The notes below the pieces were generated by a model. The model saw only the letters and a list, made by a program, of their open reading frames with translations, was not told the origin of the DNA and searched no databases. This document shows, piece by piece, positions 63,418 through 64,000 of a DNA stretch of 64,000 bases. A program made the translations under genes and the position numbers. The DNA lies in assembly GCF_964204645.1 (NCBI RefSeq), contig NC_134034.1, forward strand, positions 9,312,962 to 9,376,961. The letters are read 5' to 3'. The stretch is from Tubulanus polymorphus (Eukaryota > Animalia > Nemertea). Positions within the stretch are counted from its first letter, which is position 1. Every line of letters begins with the position of its first letter.

Positions 63418-63423
63418 AATAAA
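63418..63423 (+). terminator. Polyadenylation signal of the toxin-like gene
   Basis: AATAAA 55 nt after the stop codon, followed by T/GT-rich sequence. Confidence 0.6.
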
Positions 63424-64000
63424 AATTATTCCCGTCATAGTAAAATACAAAATGTGTTTAGTTTTTATGCACTTCAAATTTCCACATTTATACGTTTCGA
63501 ATCAAAGAAGGGCCGAAGTTGTTAAAGGACACAAGGATTATGAGTGAAGAGATAAATTAAGAATATCTAATTAAGAGTGATAATTACATAAATCATCTTT
63601 ATATTATAATCTAAAATATCTTATATATTGATCTTTATTTACATTGAAATTATAACAACACTCAGTTTTATAGATACATAATTAAATAGTTATATATAAA
63701 TTATATATTCATGAACAAAAATGTAATCGTGAACATGTACAAAATAAAACCGGAAAGTTTCTGGAGTAGACCTAAGGTTTCTCAATACGAAAGCTACGTT
63801 AGTCTTTATGTCCAAGAGTCCAATCAATATTTTGAATAAAACAATTTAAAAAGATATATGATTAAACTAGTAAGTGAATTTCGTTACTTCGTGTTCCAGC
63901 TAGTGGTGCCATCACTCGGTTAATGCACCCTTTCAAGTTCCGGGTGCCAGGTGTAAAGTAGCACTTCAGGTGCCGTCTTTCAGCTTCCCTTTTTTTATTG

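Overview
This is AT-rich eukaryotic (animal) genomic DNA with GT-AG introns. The host is most likely a bilaterian marine invertebrate, inferred from an UNC-71/mind-meld-type ADAM, peptide-receptor-like GPCRs and many CTCF-like motifs. Six genes were rebuilt by hand from splice sites: (1) a 3-exon class A GPCR with HKY in place of DRY and a ~350-aa C-tail (6822-12045); (2) a single-exon peptide-receptor-like GPCR (13182-14135); (3) a 5-exon METTL27-like methyltransferase on the minus strand that the ORF track almost entirely misses (15156-16844); (4) a secreted protein with His/Gly/Tyr/Ser repeats (21969-22874); (5) a 20-exon non-catalytic ADAM (27357-50492); and (6) the main finding, a small 3-exon gene (61728-63363) encoding a signal peptide, a propeptide ending in RYRR and a 46-aa six-cysteine peptide that closely resembles sea-anemone sodium-channel neurotoxins (ATX-II/anthopleurin family). 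There is also an internally deleted GPCR pseudogene (57008-57543). Intergenic and intronic DNA holds many mobile elements: two LINE fragments, a solo LTR nested in one of them, MITEs with 8-bp, 5-bp and TA target-site duplications, two Helentron-type (HINE) elements and fold-back structures. Several minisatellites are present, some derived from transposon ends. No CRISPR array, rRNA or intact tRNA gene is supported. All homologies are from recall of family motifs; no searches were run.
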